A stretch of DNA of 64,000 bases from an uncultured delta proteobacterium (GTDB lineage: Bacteria > Desulfobacterota > Binatia > UBA9968). Position 1 is the stretch's first letter. Every line of letters starts with the position of its first letter. Below are positions 48,569-57,294 of this stretch, piece by piece. Location of the stretch: the NCBI GenBank assembly GCA_963745835.1, contig CAVUZH010000003.1:960001-1024000 (forward strand), in the 5' to 3' direction. The notes under the pieces are model-generated. The model was not told the DNA's origin. It saw nothing but the letters and a program-made list of their open reading frames with translations, and ran no database searches. Both the position numbers and the translations under genes were made by a program.

Positions 48569-50668
48569 ATGGCTGGAACGGAGCTGCAAAACCTTCGAAT
48601 CCTCGGCATTCTGGGTCAAGGAGGCTCGGGCAAAACCTCTTTAGCGGAGGCGATGCTGTTTACCGGCGGGGCGACTCAGCGGCTGGGACGGGTTCAGGAT
48701 GGCACGTCGGTGTTTGATCATGAGCCCGAAGAAATCAAGCACCAGGTCTCGATCTCAACCGCGTTTCAATCTCTTTCATGGAAAAAACATTCTTTGACTT
48801 TGGTGGATACTCCGGGCTATGCGGCATTTCTCGCCGATTCAATCAACTGTGCGCGCGCTTTTGGCGGCGCGATCTTTGTTCTGAATCCTTCGGTTGGATT
48901 GCGGGTTGAATCCGAGCGGCTATGGGCAACGGCTAACGCCAATGAAATCTGCCGGCTTCTCTTCGTCAATAAAATGGATCATGAGGAGGCCGATGCGGTT
49001 GAGCGAATGGAGCCTTTGCTTTCAAGGCTGGATGCCAAGGGTGTTCATCTGCAGTTGCCAATCGGAGCCGGGGGCGAGTTCAAAGGCGTTGTCGATTTGC
49101 CTTCAATGAAGGCCTATCTTTATGAAGGAAGCGGCGGCAAGTTCAGCGAAACCGAAATCCCCGCCGATCTCCGGGCAGCGGCTGAAGATATGCGGCGACA
49201 GTTGATGGATAGTGTCGCCGAAGCGGACGACGGCTTCCTTGAAAAATATCTCGATGGCGGCGAATTTTCATTGGAAGAGTTGAAGCAAACCATTCGCGAA
49301 GCCACGCGGCAACGAAAAATATTTCCGATTCTCTATGGCTCTGCGACACATTTGATCGGAATCCCCCAACTGCTCGAGGCGGTGCTCGATTACCTGCCTG
49401 CGCCAGGAGAAGAGGCCGAATTGGAAGGCACCAATCCGATTACGCGCGAGGTTGAAAGAAGGGCACACGATCTTGGCGCGCCTTTTTCGGCCTACGTTTT
49501 CAAAACATTGGTCGATCCTTTTGCAGGGAAACTATCGGTGATGCGTGTCATATCCGGAAAGATTTCGTCGGACGAGACATGCTTCAACGCCAACAAACAG
49601 AGCAAAGAAAAAATCGGTCACATGTTCCGGCTGGAGGGGAAAAAGCAAGAGGCCATCAAAGAAGCTCGGGCAGGCGAGATCGTCGCAGCGGCCAAGCTCA
49701 AGGATGTCAGCAGCGGCGACACGCTCTGCGATGAAAGGGCGCCGATTCAGTACCCGCTGCCGGTGCATTTCTCGCCGGTCATTTCGTTTGCGTTAGAGCC
49801 CAAGAGCAAAGCAGATGAAGAAAAGGTGCCGCAGGGCCTGCACCGGATGATGGAGGAAGATCCAACCATCGATCTTCACCGCGATGAGGAGACGCGCGAT
49901 TTTATCCTGTCGGGCATGGGACAGCAGCACATCGAGATCATCGTCGAGAAGCTCAAACGGAAGTACAGCGCCGAGGTCATTTTAAAAGCGCCGAAAGTGC
50001 CGTACAAAGAAACCATCCGGGGCGCTGCCAGCGCCCAGGGAAAGTTAAAGAAGCAATCCGGTGGCCGCGGCCAGTATGGCGACACCTGGCTCAAAGTCGA
50101 ACCGCTGCCGCACGGCAAGGGGTTTGAGTTCGTCGATCAGATCGTCGGCGGCGCGATTCCTCGGAACTATATCCCGGCAGTGGAGAAAGGGATCAAAGAA
50201 GCAATGGCCGGAGGGGTGGTCGCCGGTTATCCGATGGTCGATGTGCGGGTGACACTTTACGATGGTTCCTATCATGATGTCGACTCATCGGATATGGCAT
50301 TCAAAATCGCCGGGTCCATGGGTTTTAAAAACGCCGTCGAAAAAGCCAAACCGGTGATTTTAGAACCGATCATGACGATGGAGGTGACCGTGCCGGACGA
50401 ATGTATGGGCGACGTCATCGGCGATTTGAACAGCCGCAGGGGCAAAGTACTGGGCATGGACACCAACGGCCACACTCAAGTAATCAAAAGCCGGGTGCCG
50501 ATGTCCGAGGTGCTAAAATATGCGCCGGATCTTCGTTCGCTTACCAGCGGCCGCGGCGAGTTTCATATGGAATTTTCACATTATGAGGAGTTACCCGCTC
50601 ATCTAGCTGAAAGAGTGATCAAAGAAGCCAAAGCGCAAAGCAAGACGGAACAGCCGAGCCAGCACTAA
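48569..50668 (+). CDS. Elongation factor G-like protein (EF-G II type)
   Basis: Five-domain EF-G architecture (KKQSGGRGQYG, DGSYHDVDSS) with non-canonical G motifs GQGGSGKTS and DTPGY. Confidence 0.9.
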   Translation: MAGTELQNLRILGILGQGGSGKTSLAEAMLFTGGATQRLGRVQDGTSVFDHEPEEIKHQVSISTAFQSLSWKKHSLTLVDTPGYAAFLADSINCARAFGGAIFVLNPSVGLRVESERLWATANANEICRLLFVNKMDHEEADAVERMEPLLSRLDAKGVHLQLPIGAGGEFKGVVDLPSMKAYLYEGSGGKFSETEIPADLRAAAEDMRRQLMDSVAEADDGFLEKYLDGGEFSLEELKQTIREATRQRKIFPILYGSATHLIGIPQLLEAVLDYLPAPGEEAELEGTNPITREVERRAHDLGAPFSAYVFKTLVDPFAGKLSVMRVISGKISSDETCFNANKQSKEKIGHMFRLEGKKQEAIKEARAGEIVAAAKLKDVSSGDTLCDERAPIQYPLPVHFSPVISFALEPKSKADEEKVPQGLHRMMEEDPTIDLHRDEETRDFILSGMGQQHIEIIVEKLKRKYSAEVILKAPKVPYKETIRGAASAQGKLKKQSGGRGQYGDTWLKVEPLPHGKGFEFVDQIVGGAIPRNYIPAVEKGIKEAMAGGVVAGYPMVDVRVTLYDGSYHDVDSSDMAFKIAGSMGFKNAVEKAKPVILEPIMTMEVTVPDECMGDVIGDLNSRRGKVLGMDTNGHTQVIKSRVPMSEVLKYAPDLRSLTSGRGEFHMEFSHYEELPAHLAERVIKEAKAQSKTEQPSQH

Positions 50669-50780
50669 AGATCTAAAGCCGAACGATACGACCTCACCGG
50701 GGGAAAATTCTCCCTGCAACGAGGAAGGCTCAGGCGATTCGCGTAACGAGTTAGTTTGCGATCTTCAGATTGAGGCAGTT

Positions 50781-50990
50781 ATGGAACAATCATTTGATCA
50801 ATTCAATGCAGCGTTGCTGTACTGCAACAAGTGCGGTAGGGCGATGCCAGTCAGGCAGCGATTGTTGCTGGTGTTGCCGGATGGGGAACTCTATGATTAT
50901 ACCTGCCAGACGTGCCATAGCTCAGTAGGATCAAAAACCGAACGCGCCGGCACCCAAGCCACTACAAGAAAGACTAGGATAGGAGGCTGA
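50781..50990 (+). CDS. Small zinc-ribbon protein
   Basis: CNKC...CQTC; GAGG RBS. Confidence 0.7.
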   Translation: MEQSFDQFNAALLYCNKCGRAMPVRQRLLLVLPDGELYDYTCQTCHSSVGSKTERAGTQATTRKTRIGG

Positions 50991-50995
50991 TCGAA

Positions 50996-52024
50996 ATGTC
51001 AGTGATCGATTCGGACGCGCACGTTTTGGAGACCGAGCGCACTTGGGACTACATGTTGGAATCCGAGCGCTCCATGAGGCCGCGGGTCGTGCCCACACCT
51101 ACCGACCCGACCTCGGGAGGAGAATCCTGGCTAGTCGACGGCACTCACATCGGCAAGGCGCGCAACGTCGGCCATGACACGGCGAGAGAAGCGCGTGAGA
51201 TGGAGGACATCAGAGCGCGGCTGGCGCACATGGACGAGCTCGATATCGACGTCCAGGTGCTCTATCCGACGATATTCCTTCGTCCGTTCACGCGCCGGCC
51301 GGAGGTCGAGCTGGCGCTCGCGCGCAGCTACAACCGATGGCTCGTCGATATCTGGAAAGCAGCGCCCGAACGCTTGCGTTGGGTAGCGGTGTTGCCGCTC
51401 CTCAGTATGGAGAATGCGCTTGAAGAAGCCCGCTTTGCCAAAGAAAATGGCGCATGTGGCGTCTTCATGCGTGGTCTGGAAGGCGATAAGCGGATCAGCG
51501 ATAGCCATTTTTTTCCGATCTACGAGGAAGCCGGGAGACTGGATTTGCCGATCTGCGTCCATTCCGCAACCGGCAGCTTCGCGGTGCATGACTATTTCAT
51601 CGACGAGTGCGGCTTCAATAAATTCAAGCTGGCCGTAGTCGGGTCGTTTCATTCGCTCATCTTTAACAAGGTCCCGGAGAGATTTCCGCAGACCAGATGG
51701 GCTTTTATCGAGGTCAGCTCCCAATGGATACCGTACGCCATTCACGATTATGCGCGGCGCTTCGAGCGCGCCGGCGCCAAGGTCGACAAATCCGATGTGC
51801 TGAGGCGAAACAGAATCTGGGTTGCATGCCAGACCGATGACGATCTTTCCTATGTGCTTGAATACGCCGGCGACAGCACGCTGGTGATCGGCACAGATTA
51901 CGGACACAACGACACATCATCGGAGATTCTGGCGCTGCGCAAGCTCAGGGAGGATGGCGCCGTGCCGCCGCAGGTCGTGAAGAAAATCCTCGACGACAAC
52001 GCCAAGGCGCTCTACAGCCTTTAA
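50996..52024 (+). CDS. Amidohydrolase_2 family protein
   Basis: IDSDAH, VLYPT, ICVH, GTDYGH. Confidence 0.88.
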   Translation: MSVIDSDAHVLETERTWDYMLESERSMRPRVVPTPTDPTSGGESWLVDGTHIGKARNVGHDTAREAREMEDIRARLAHMDELDIDVQVLYPTIFLRPFTRRPEVELALARSYNRWLVDIWKAAPERLRWVAVLPLLSMENALEEARFAKENGACGVFMRGLEGDKRISDSHFFPIYEEAGRLDLPICVHSATGSFAVHDYFIDECGFNKFKLAVVGSFHSLIFNKVPERFPQTRWAFIEVSSQWIPYAIHDYARRFERAGAKVDKSDVLRRNRIWVACQTDDDLSYVLEYAGDSTLVIGTDYGHNDTSSEILALRKLREDGAVPPQVVKKILDDNAKALYSL

Positions 52025-52055
52025 ATCCGTAGCCCAGAGGTCTAGAAGATTTCCT

Positions 52056-53081
52056 ATGGTCATTGATTTTCAAGCTCACCTATTTCCCGACGAGTACATC
52101 AACGAACTTAAGCGCCGTGACGGCGCGGTCATTCTCGAAGAGCCCGACCCGTACAGCGGCATGACTTATTTCTATGACAAGAAATTGCGTTGTCGAATCA
52201 ACACGGCAATCTTCCAAGGGCGTGACATCGAGCGCCGGCTCGAGCATATGGACCGGCTCGGCATCGATATTCATGTATTGACCATTCCGGCACCGGGCGC
52301 GGATCGATTCGACCGCGACGATGCCGTGGCAATTGCGCGGGTGGCCAATGATGCCATCGCGGCTATCTGCCGCAAACACCCAAGCCGCTTTGTCGGCTTC
52401 TTTACCCTGCCGACCAGCTCGATTTCAGCATCGTTGGACGAGCTTGAGCGCTCGGTGCATGAGCTGGGACTCAAGGGCTTTGGTTCTTTCGCCAACCTTA
52501 ACGGCCAGGCTCTGGATCGCGAAGAATTGTTTCCGATCTACGAACGACTCGCTAAGTATAAGCTGCCGGTTTACATTCATCCTACTGCGCCGTTGGCCAC
52601 CGAAGCTACCGGAATTGACATCATGCCGACTCTGATATTCGGCTGGGCTTTCGACAGCACGGTGGCGATGACCCGGCTCGTTTATGGCCGCGTGCTCGAG
52701 CGCTTTCCGGAAATCGATTTCGTCGTCGCCGACGTCGGTGGCGTGCTGGCATTTTTCGCTCAGCGCGCGAAGAATATTTACTCCGGACGCACCGAAGAAA
52801 TTCGGCAACGGTACGGGCTCAAAGAGAACCCGCTCGACTCTTTTCGGCGATTCTACGTCGATACGGCCGACCATCCGGCCTCGACATTGAAATGTGTTTT
52901 GGATTTTTTTGGCCCGGAGCGGCTGGTGCTCGGAACCAATTATCCATATGGTCCGGAAGAGGGTTGCGTGCTCATTAAAAATAGCTTGGCTGCCATTGAC
53001 GGTCTGAACTTGAGCAAGAACGATAAAGACAAAATTCTCGGCGGCAATGCCGCGGAAATTCTCGGCCTGGGAGCGGCATGA
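52056..53081 (+). CDS. Amidohydrolase_2 family protein (ACMSD-like decarboxylase)
   Basis: IDFQAH, VYIHP, YVDTA, GTNYPY, GGNAAEIL. Confidence 0.85.
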   Translation: MVIDFQAHLFPDEYINELKRRDGAVILEEPDPYSGMTYFYDKKLRCRINTAIFQGRDIERRLEHMDRLGIDIHVLTIPAPGADRFDRDDAVAIARVANDAIAAICRKHPSRFVGFFTLPTSSISASLDELERSVHELGLKGFGSFANLNGQALDREELFPIYERLAKYKLPVYIHPTAPLATEATGIDIMPTLIFGWAFDSTVAMTRLVYGRVLERFPEIDFVVADVGGVLAFFAQRAKNIYSGRTEEIRQRYGLKENPLDSFRRFYVDTADHPASTLKCVLDFFGPERLVLGTNYPYGPEEGCVLIKNSLAAIDGLNLSKNDKDKILGGNAAEILGLGAA

Positions 53082-54679
53082 AATATACTAAGGCAGCAAG
53101 ACCGGTGGTCATGGGGCAGAACGGGGTGGTGTCCGCAGGGCATCCGCTCGGCGCCTTGTCAGGAGTAAAAATTCTTCAAGAGGGCGGCAACGCGGTCGAT
53201 GCCGCGTTAGCGGCTGCCTTCGTCATGTCCGTTGTCAAACCGGAGGCCAGCGGACCTGGCGGTGATCTGTTCGCGCTGGTTTACATGAAGAAGGCTGGAA
53301 AGGTTGTCGCGCTAAATTCCAGCGGGCCGGCGCCGGCCAAGGCAACGATAAGTTACTTCCAGGAACACGGATTGAAGAGCATTCCGATCAATGGAGCGCT
53401 GAGCATTGCCGTACCGGGCGCGGTGGACGGCTGGCTGGAGCTTCACAAAAAACACGGCACCATAGAACTCAAAAGGCTAGTGTCCGATGCGGTGCGCATC
53501 GCCCGTGAAGGGTTTCCCATTTCCCAGGAGTTTGCTGAAGCCATCGAGGAGCATAGCAGGGAGTCTTCCTGGGTCGATCGTTTTTACCGAAAGCCTCTTG
53601 GTGTTTCAAAGCCGGGCAAAATATTAAATCAGAAAGGCTTGGCGGCGATTTTTGAAAAGATCGTCGCTCACGGGCGCGGCGGATTCTACAGCGGTGAAGT
53701 CGCCGATCAAATCGTCCAAACGGTCAGAGCCGAAGGCGGCATATTGGCGGAAGAAGATTTGCAGACAATCGTCGCGCACTGGATGGAGCCGCTGAGCTCT
53801 TCGTACCGCGACACCACGGTCTATGAGCAACCGCCGGTATCGCAGGGCTTCATGGTTCTCGAGATGCTCAACATTGCCGAAGCATGGCCTTTTGACAGCG
53901 GCAGCATGAGCCGCGCGGAAATGATTCACCTCCAGGTCGCGGCGAAGAAACTCGCATTTGAAGATCGCATTCGTTATCTCGAAGACCCGAGTTTTGGCGA
54001 TCCAAAAATCGCTACGCTTATCTCAAAAGATTACGCCGCCGCACGTCGTGAGCTCGCCAAAGACGCTCTGAAACGAAGCCCGGCGGCAGCGCCAAATCAA
54101 AGTAGCGATACTACCTATCTCTGCGCCACCGACCGTGATGGCAATGCGATCTCTTTGATACAGAGCGTGTTCGCGCCGTTTGGCTCGCGGGTGATTGCCG
54201 GGGAGACCGGCGTGGTCATGAACAATCGGTTATGCAGTTTCGGGCTAGATCCGGCAAAAGCAAACTCACTCGAGCCAGGGAAAAGACCGGCGCATACGCT
54301 CAATACCTATATGGTTTTTAAGGGCGCCAATGTTTTCGCGGTGGGCGGTAGTCCCGGGGCCGACGAACAGCCGCAAACTAATTTCCAGATCATTCACGAT
54401 TTAGTCGATCTGAAAATGGATCCACAAAGCGCCGTCGAAGCGCCGCGGTGGAGCCACCAGCCAGGCACGCCGCCGCGAGACCAGCTCCCCGAGTCGCTGC
54501 GGATGGAAGAAGGTTTCGATGCGCAAACTTTAGAAGATTTGCAAGCGCGCGGGCACAAAGTGTCTGTCGTTGATCGCTGGTCGTTCGGCAGCGCGAAAAT
54601 CATTGTTCGCGATGACGAAAATGGTTGCTGGCTGGGTGGCGCGGATCCACGCAGAGTGGCTTACGCGTTGGGCTGGTAG
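53078..54679 (+). CDS. ggt: Gamma-glutamyltransferase family protein
   Basis: GGNAVDAA, VPGAVDG, nucleophile DTT, PGKRPAHTLN, GADPRR. Confidence 0.92.
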   Translation: MKYTKAARPVVMGQNGVVSAGHPLGALSGVKILQEGGNAVDAALAAAFVMSVVKPEASGPGGDLFALVYMKKAGKVVALNSSGPAPAKATISYFQEHGLKSIPINGALSIAVPGAVDGWLELHKKHGTIELKRLVSDAVRIAREGFPISQEFAEAIEEHSRESSWVDRFYRKPLGVSKPGKILNQKGLAAIFEKIVAHGRGGFYSGEVADQIVQTVRAEGGILAEEDLQTIVAHWMEPLSSSYRDTTVYEQPPVSQGFMVLEMLNIAEAWPFDSGSMSRAEMIHLQVAAKKLAFEDRIRYLEDPSFGDPKIATLISKDYAAARRELAKDALKRSPAAAPNQSSDTTYLCATDRDGNAISLIQSVFAPFGSRVIAGETGVVMNNRLCSFGLDPAKANSLEPGKRPAHTLNTYMVFKGANVFAVGGSPGADEQPQTNFQIIHDLVDLKMDPQSAVEAPRWSHQPGTPPRDQLPESLRMEEGFDAQTLEDLQARGHKVSVVDRWSFGSAKIIVRDDENGCWLGGADPRRVAYALGW

Positions 54680-54839
54680 CCCTGCAACCACCCAGAGGCG
54701 GAGTTTCGACGCTCTGCTTCAGTTTCGAATGCGCCACGAAGAACTGCGCTTCATAGAAGAACCGCGAGATATTCAAATCATTTTAGCCTGGGCCATCTGG
54801 AAAAGGCTCATAACCAACCGCGGAAGTTAAGGCAACCTT

Positions 54840-55892
54840 GTGAAGTCTAGCCTGTTTACAGAAATTCAGTGCCCGGCAGGTTCATCGCCCGAAAAACGCC
54901 TCAAGGAATTTCTTGAGCAAGCTGAACTAGCGGACCATCTCGGCTTTAAAACTTTCTGGATCGCCGAAATTCACTGCCAGCCGAAGTTTTCTCTACTTGC
55001 CGCGCCGTACGTCGTGTTAGGAGCGGTAGCTCAGAGAACCAAACGTTTGCGGCTCGGCGTCGCCGTCAATACCTTGCCGATTCATCATCCGGTACAGCTG
55101 GCGGAAGAGGCCGCGATGCTCGACATACTTTCTGGCGGTCGCATGGATTTCGCTGCCGGCGGCGGTCATCCACACAGCCGCGCTTACGAATGCTTTGGCG
55201 CAGACCACAAAGTAACACACGATCTTATGGTGGAGGCTCTGCAGATTATTCGTCGGGCCTGGTCTGAAGAGATTCTGACCTTCGATGGAAAATTCTTCCA
55301 GATTCCTGAAGTCGTGGTTAACCCCAAACCGGTCCAAAGGCCGCTGCCGCCATTTTACATGGCGACGAGTTCTCTTGATGGAGTCGCAGTGGGAGCCCGT
55401 CTGGGGATCAATTTGCTCCTGCCGATTCACACCCGTACGCCAGAGCAAGTGATCGAATATTCTCAGGCTTATTGGCAGGGACTGGAAACCTATGGCCATG
55501 ATCCAACCTCAAGGGAATTGGGTCTTTTAGTGCCGATGCACTTGGCGTCGAGTACCGCCCAGGCCAGATCCCGCTCTGAAGCCGGCATTATGAGTTACTT
55601 CAAAACCATCGCCGATATGCGCAGTGATTACGTTGAGTGGTTGACTCGTCGGGGCGATGAATTACCCGTCCGGCTGAGAACCGCTGCCGGCGCTTCGGTG
55701 AGTTTCGTTGACATCTGCGCGCGCCATGCGGTGATTGCGGATTCCGAATCTGCCCTGCAGACGCTTAGCGCTTTAACTGCCGATACCGGCGCGACGCATC
55801 TTCTCGCCTGGTTTAACATCGGCAACGTGCCGCACCAGCTGGTTCAAGAATCGATGCAGCAGTTCGCGGCTGAAGTCATGCCGCATCTATGA
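54840..55892 (+). CDS. LLM-class flavin-dependent oxidoreductase
   Basis: WIAEIH, RTKRLRLGVAV, LAEEAAMLDILSGGR, PKPVQRP, FAAEVMP. Confidence 0.9.
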   Translation: MKSSLFTEIQCPAGSSPEKRLKEFLEQAELADHLGFKTFWIAEIHCQPKFSLLAAPYVVLGAVAQRTKRLRLGVAVNTLPIHHPVQLAEEAAMLDILSGGRMDFAAGGGHPHSRAYECFGADHKVTHDLMVEALQIIRRAWSEEILTFDGKFFQIPEVVVNPKPVQRPLPPFYMATSSLDGVAVGARLGINLLLPIHTRTPEQVIEYSQAYWQGLETYGHDPTSRELGLLVPMHLASSTAQARSRSEAGIMSYFKTIADMRSDYVEWLTRRGDELPVRLRTAAGASVSFVDICARHAVIADSESALQTLSALTADTGATHLLAWFNIGNVPHQLVQESMQQFAAEVMPHL

Positions 55893-55911
55893 TTGTCAGG
55901 GGGGGATCGAT

Positions 55912-56265
55912 ATGGAAGATCTAACAGAGCAGAAATGCGAAGCGTGTCGCGTGGGCGCGCCACCTGTCACGGCCGGTGAGATACGAGAGCTCCAGCCCAG
56001 AGTGCCTGATTGGCAAATCATCACTGAAGACAGCATTCCCAAGTTGGACCGGCAGTTCAAATTCAAGAATTTCAAAGACGCGTTGGCCTTCACCGATGCC
56101 GTGGGAGCAGCCGCGGAGGAAGAGGGCCATCATCCGCGTATCACCACGGAATGGGGCAAAGTGGGGGTGACCTGGTGGACGCACAAAATTCGCAATCTAC
56201 ACAAAAATGACTTCATCATGGCGGCGAAAACCGACGCGATCTATAAGAACTATCAGCAGAGTTAG
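55912..56265 (+). CDS. phhB: Pterin-4-alpha-carbinolamine dehydratase
   Basis: CEAC, FKNFKDAL, EEGHHP, WWTHKI...NDFIMAAK. Confidence 0.9.
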   Translation: MEDLTEQKCEACRVGAPPVTAGEIRELQPRVPDWQIITEDSIPKLDRQFKFKNFKDALAFTDAVGAAAEEEGHHPRITTEWGKVGVTWWTHKIRNLHKNDFIMAAKTDAIYKNYQQS

Positions 56266-56370
56266 AGGATCAAATAGCGAAAGAGGCTGTAGACTTTCGC
56301 TGAGACTCTCGCGAGATAGACAACGCATCACTCTGAGCGACTTCTACCAACAATCAAGCCTGGAGATCCA

Positions 56371-57143
56371 ATGGTTCAATCGACAATTTTTTGCCTGGGC
56401 GTTCATTTGGACGCTGATGTTCAGCTTGAAAAGAGGCTACGCTGCTTCTGCCGATGATAATTTCTACAAGGTAAGACTATTCGCCTGATCGTCGATTTCT
56501 CCGCCGGCGGAGGATACGACACCTATTCTCGAACAATCGCGCGGCCTCTCAGCAAACATATTCCTGGCAATTTGCTGCCAAGGAGCCGATCAAGTTCGGC
56601 GGCGTCGGCCCAGCGGGACCGCGTCTGATATTCCACGCGGCTCTCGGGCTGCCCATCCGTGTCATTGATCGTTATAAGGGTACCGCAGATATCCGACTGG
56701 CGACCGAAAGCGGTGAACTGGCGGGAGGCTGTTTAGGTTGGGAGTCGCTTAAAACAACCTGGCTAAAAGGCATCGAATTAGGCGAGGTGAGTGTGGTGGT
56801 GCAGAACATGCCGAAAAACACCCCGAGCTGCCCAGTGTGCCGCTAGTAGGCGATTACGTCAAACCGACGAGGCTCGAAGGCTGATCAAATCCGGCATTCA
56901 AGATACGGCGGTGATCACCAGACCCTATTTTCTATCCCCAGGTACACCGAAGAATCCTGTCCAACTACTCCGCAAGGCCTTTGCCGATACACTGAAGGAT
57001 CCTGAGCTGCTGGCCGAAGCGAAAAAAGGCTAACCTAAATATCGATCCTATCTCAGGCAAGGAAGTTGAAGCAATTGTTCAGGGACTGTACAAAATCGAG
57101 CCCGCTTTCATCGTGCATATGAAGCAGGTTCTGATATCTCAAC
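56371..57143 (+). pseudogene. Bug/TctC tripartite tricarboxylate transporter substrate-binding protein remnant
   Basis: Fragments FYK-KTIRLIVDFSAGGGYDTYSR...HIPGN, YKGTADIRLA, RPYFLSPGTP...LRKAF, IDPISGKEVE in different frames, with an internal deletion. Confidence 0.85.
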
Positions 57144-57145
57144 AG

Positions 57146-57276
57146 GTTCCACCCGTTTCAATTGTTCCATCAGTTCCACTCGTTGAATCAGGCCCTAGAA
57201 GTCATCGACAGGACTGTCGGCGATGTCAATGATGAGTCGCCGAATAGTGCGTGTGAACAATTGAAACGGCTGGAAC
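57146..57276. repeat. 22-bp imperfect inverted repeat element (REP/MITE-like or bidirectional terminator)
   Basis: GTTCCACCCGTTTCAATTGTTC (57146-57167) vs GAACAATTGAAACGGCTGGAAC (57255-57276), one mismatch. Confidence 0.7.
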
Positions 57277-57294
57277 GATTGGAACCGCCTTTTC

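Noticed and set aside
56207-56488. 93-aa ORF after phhB and 80-aa ORF 56791..57033 as independent genes
   Set aside because: They are fragments of the Bug/TctC pseudogene
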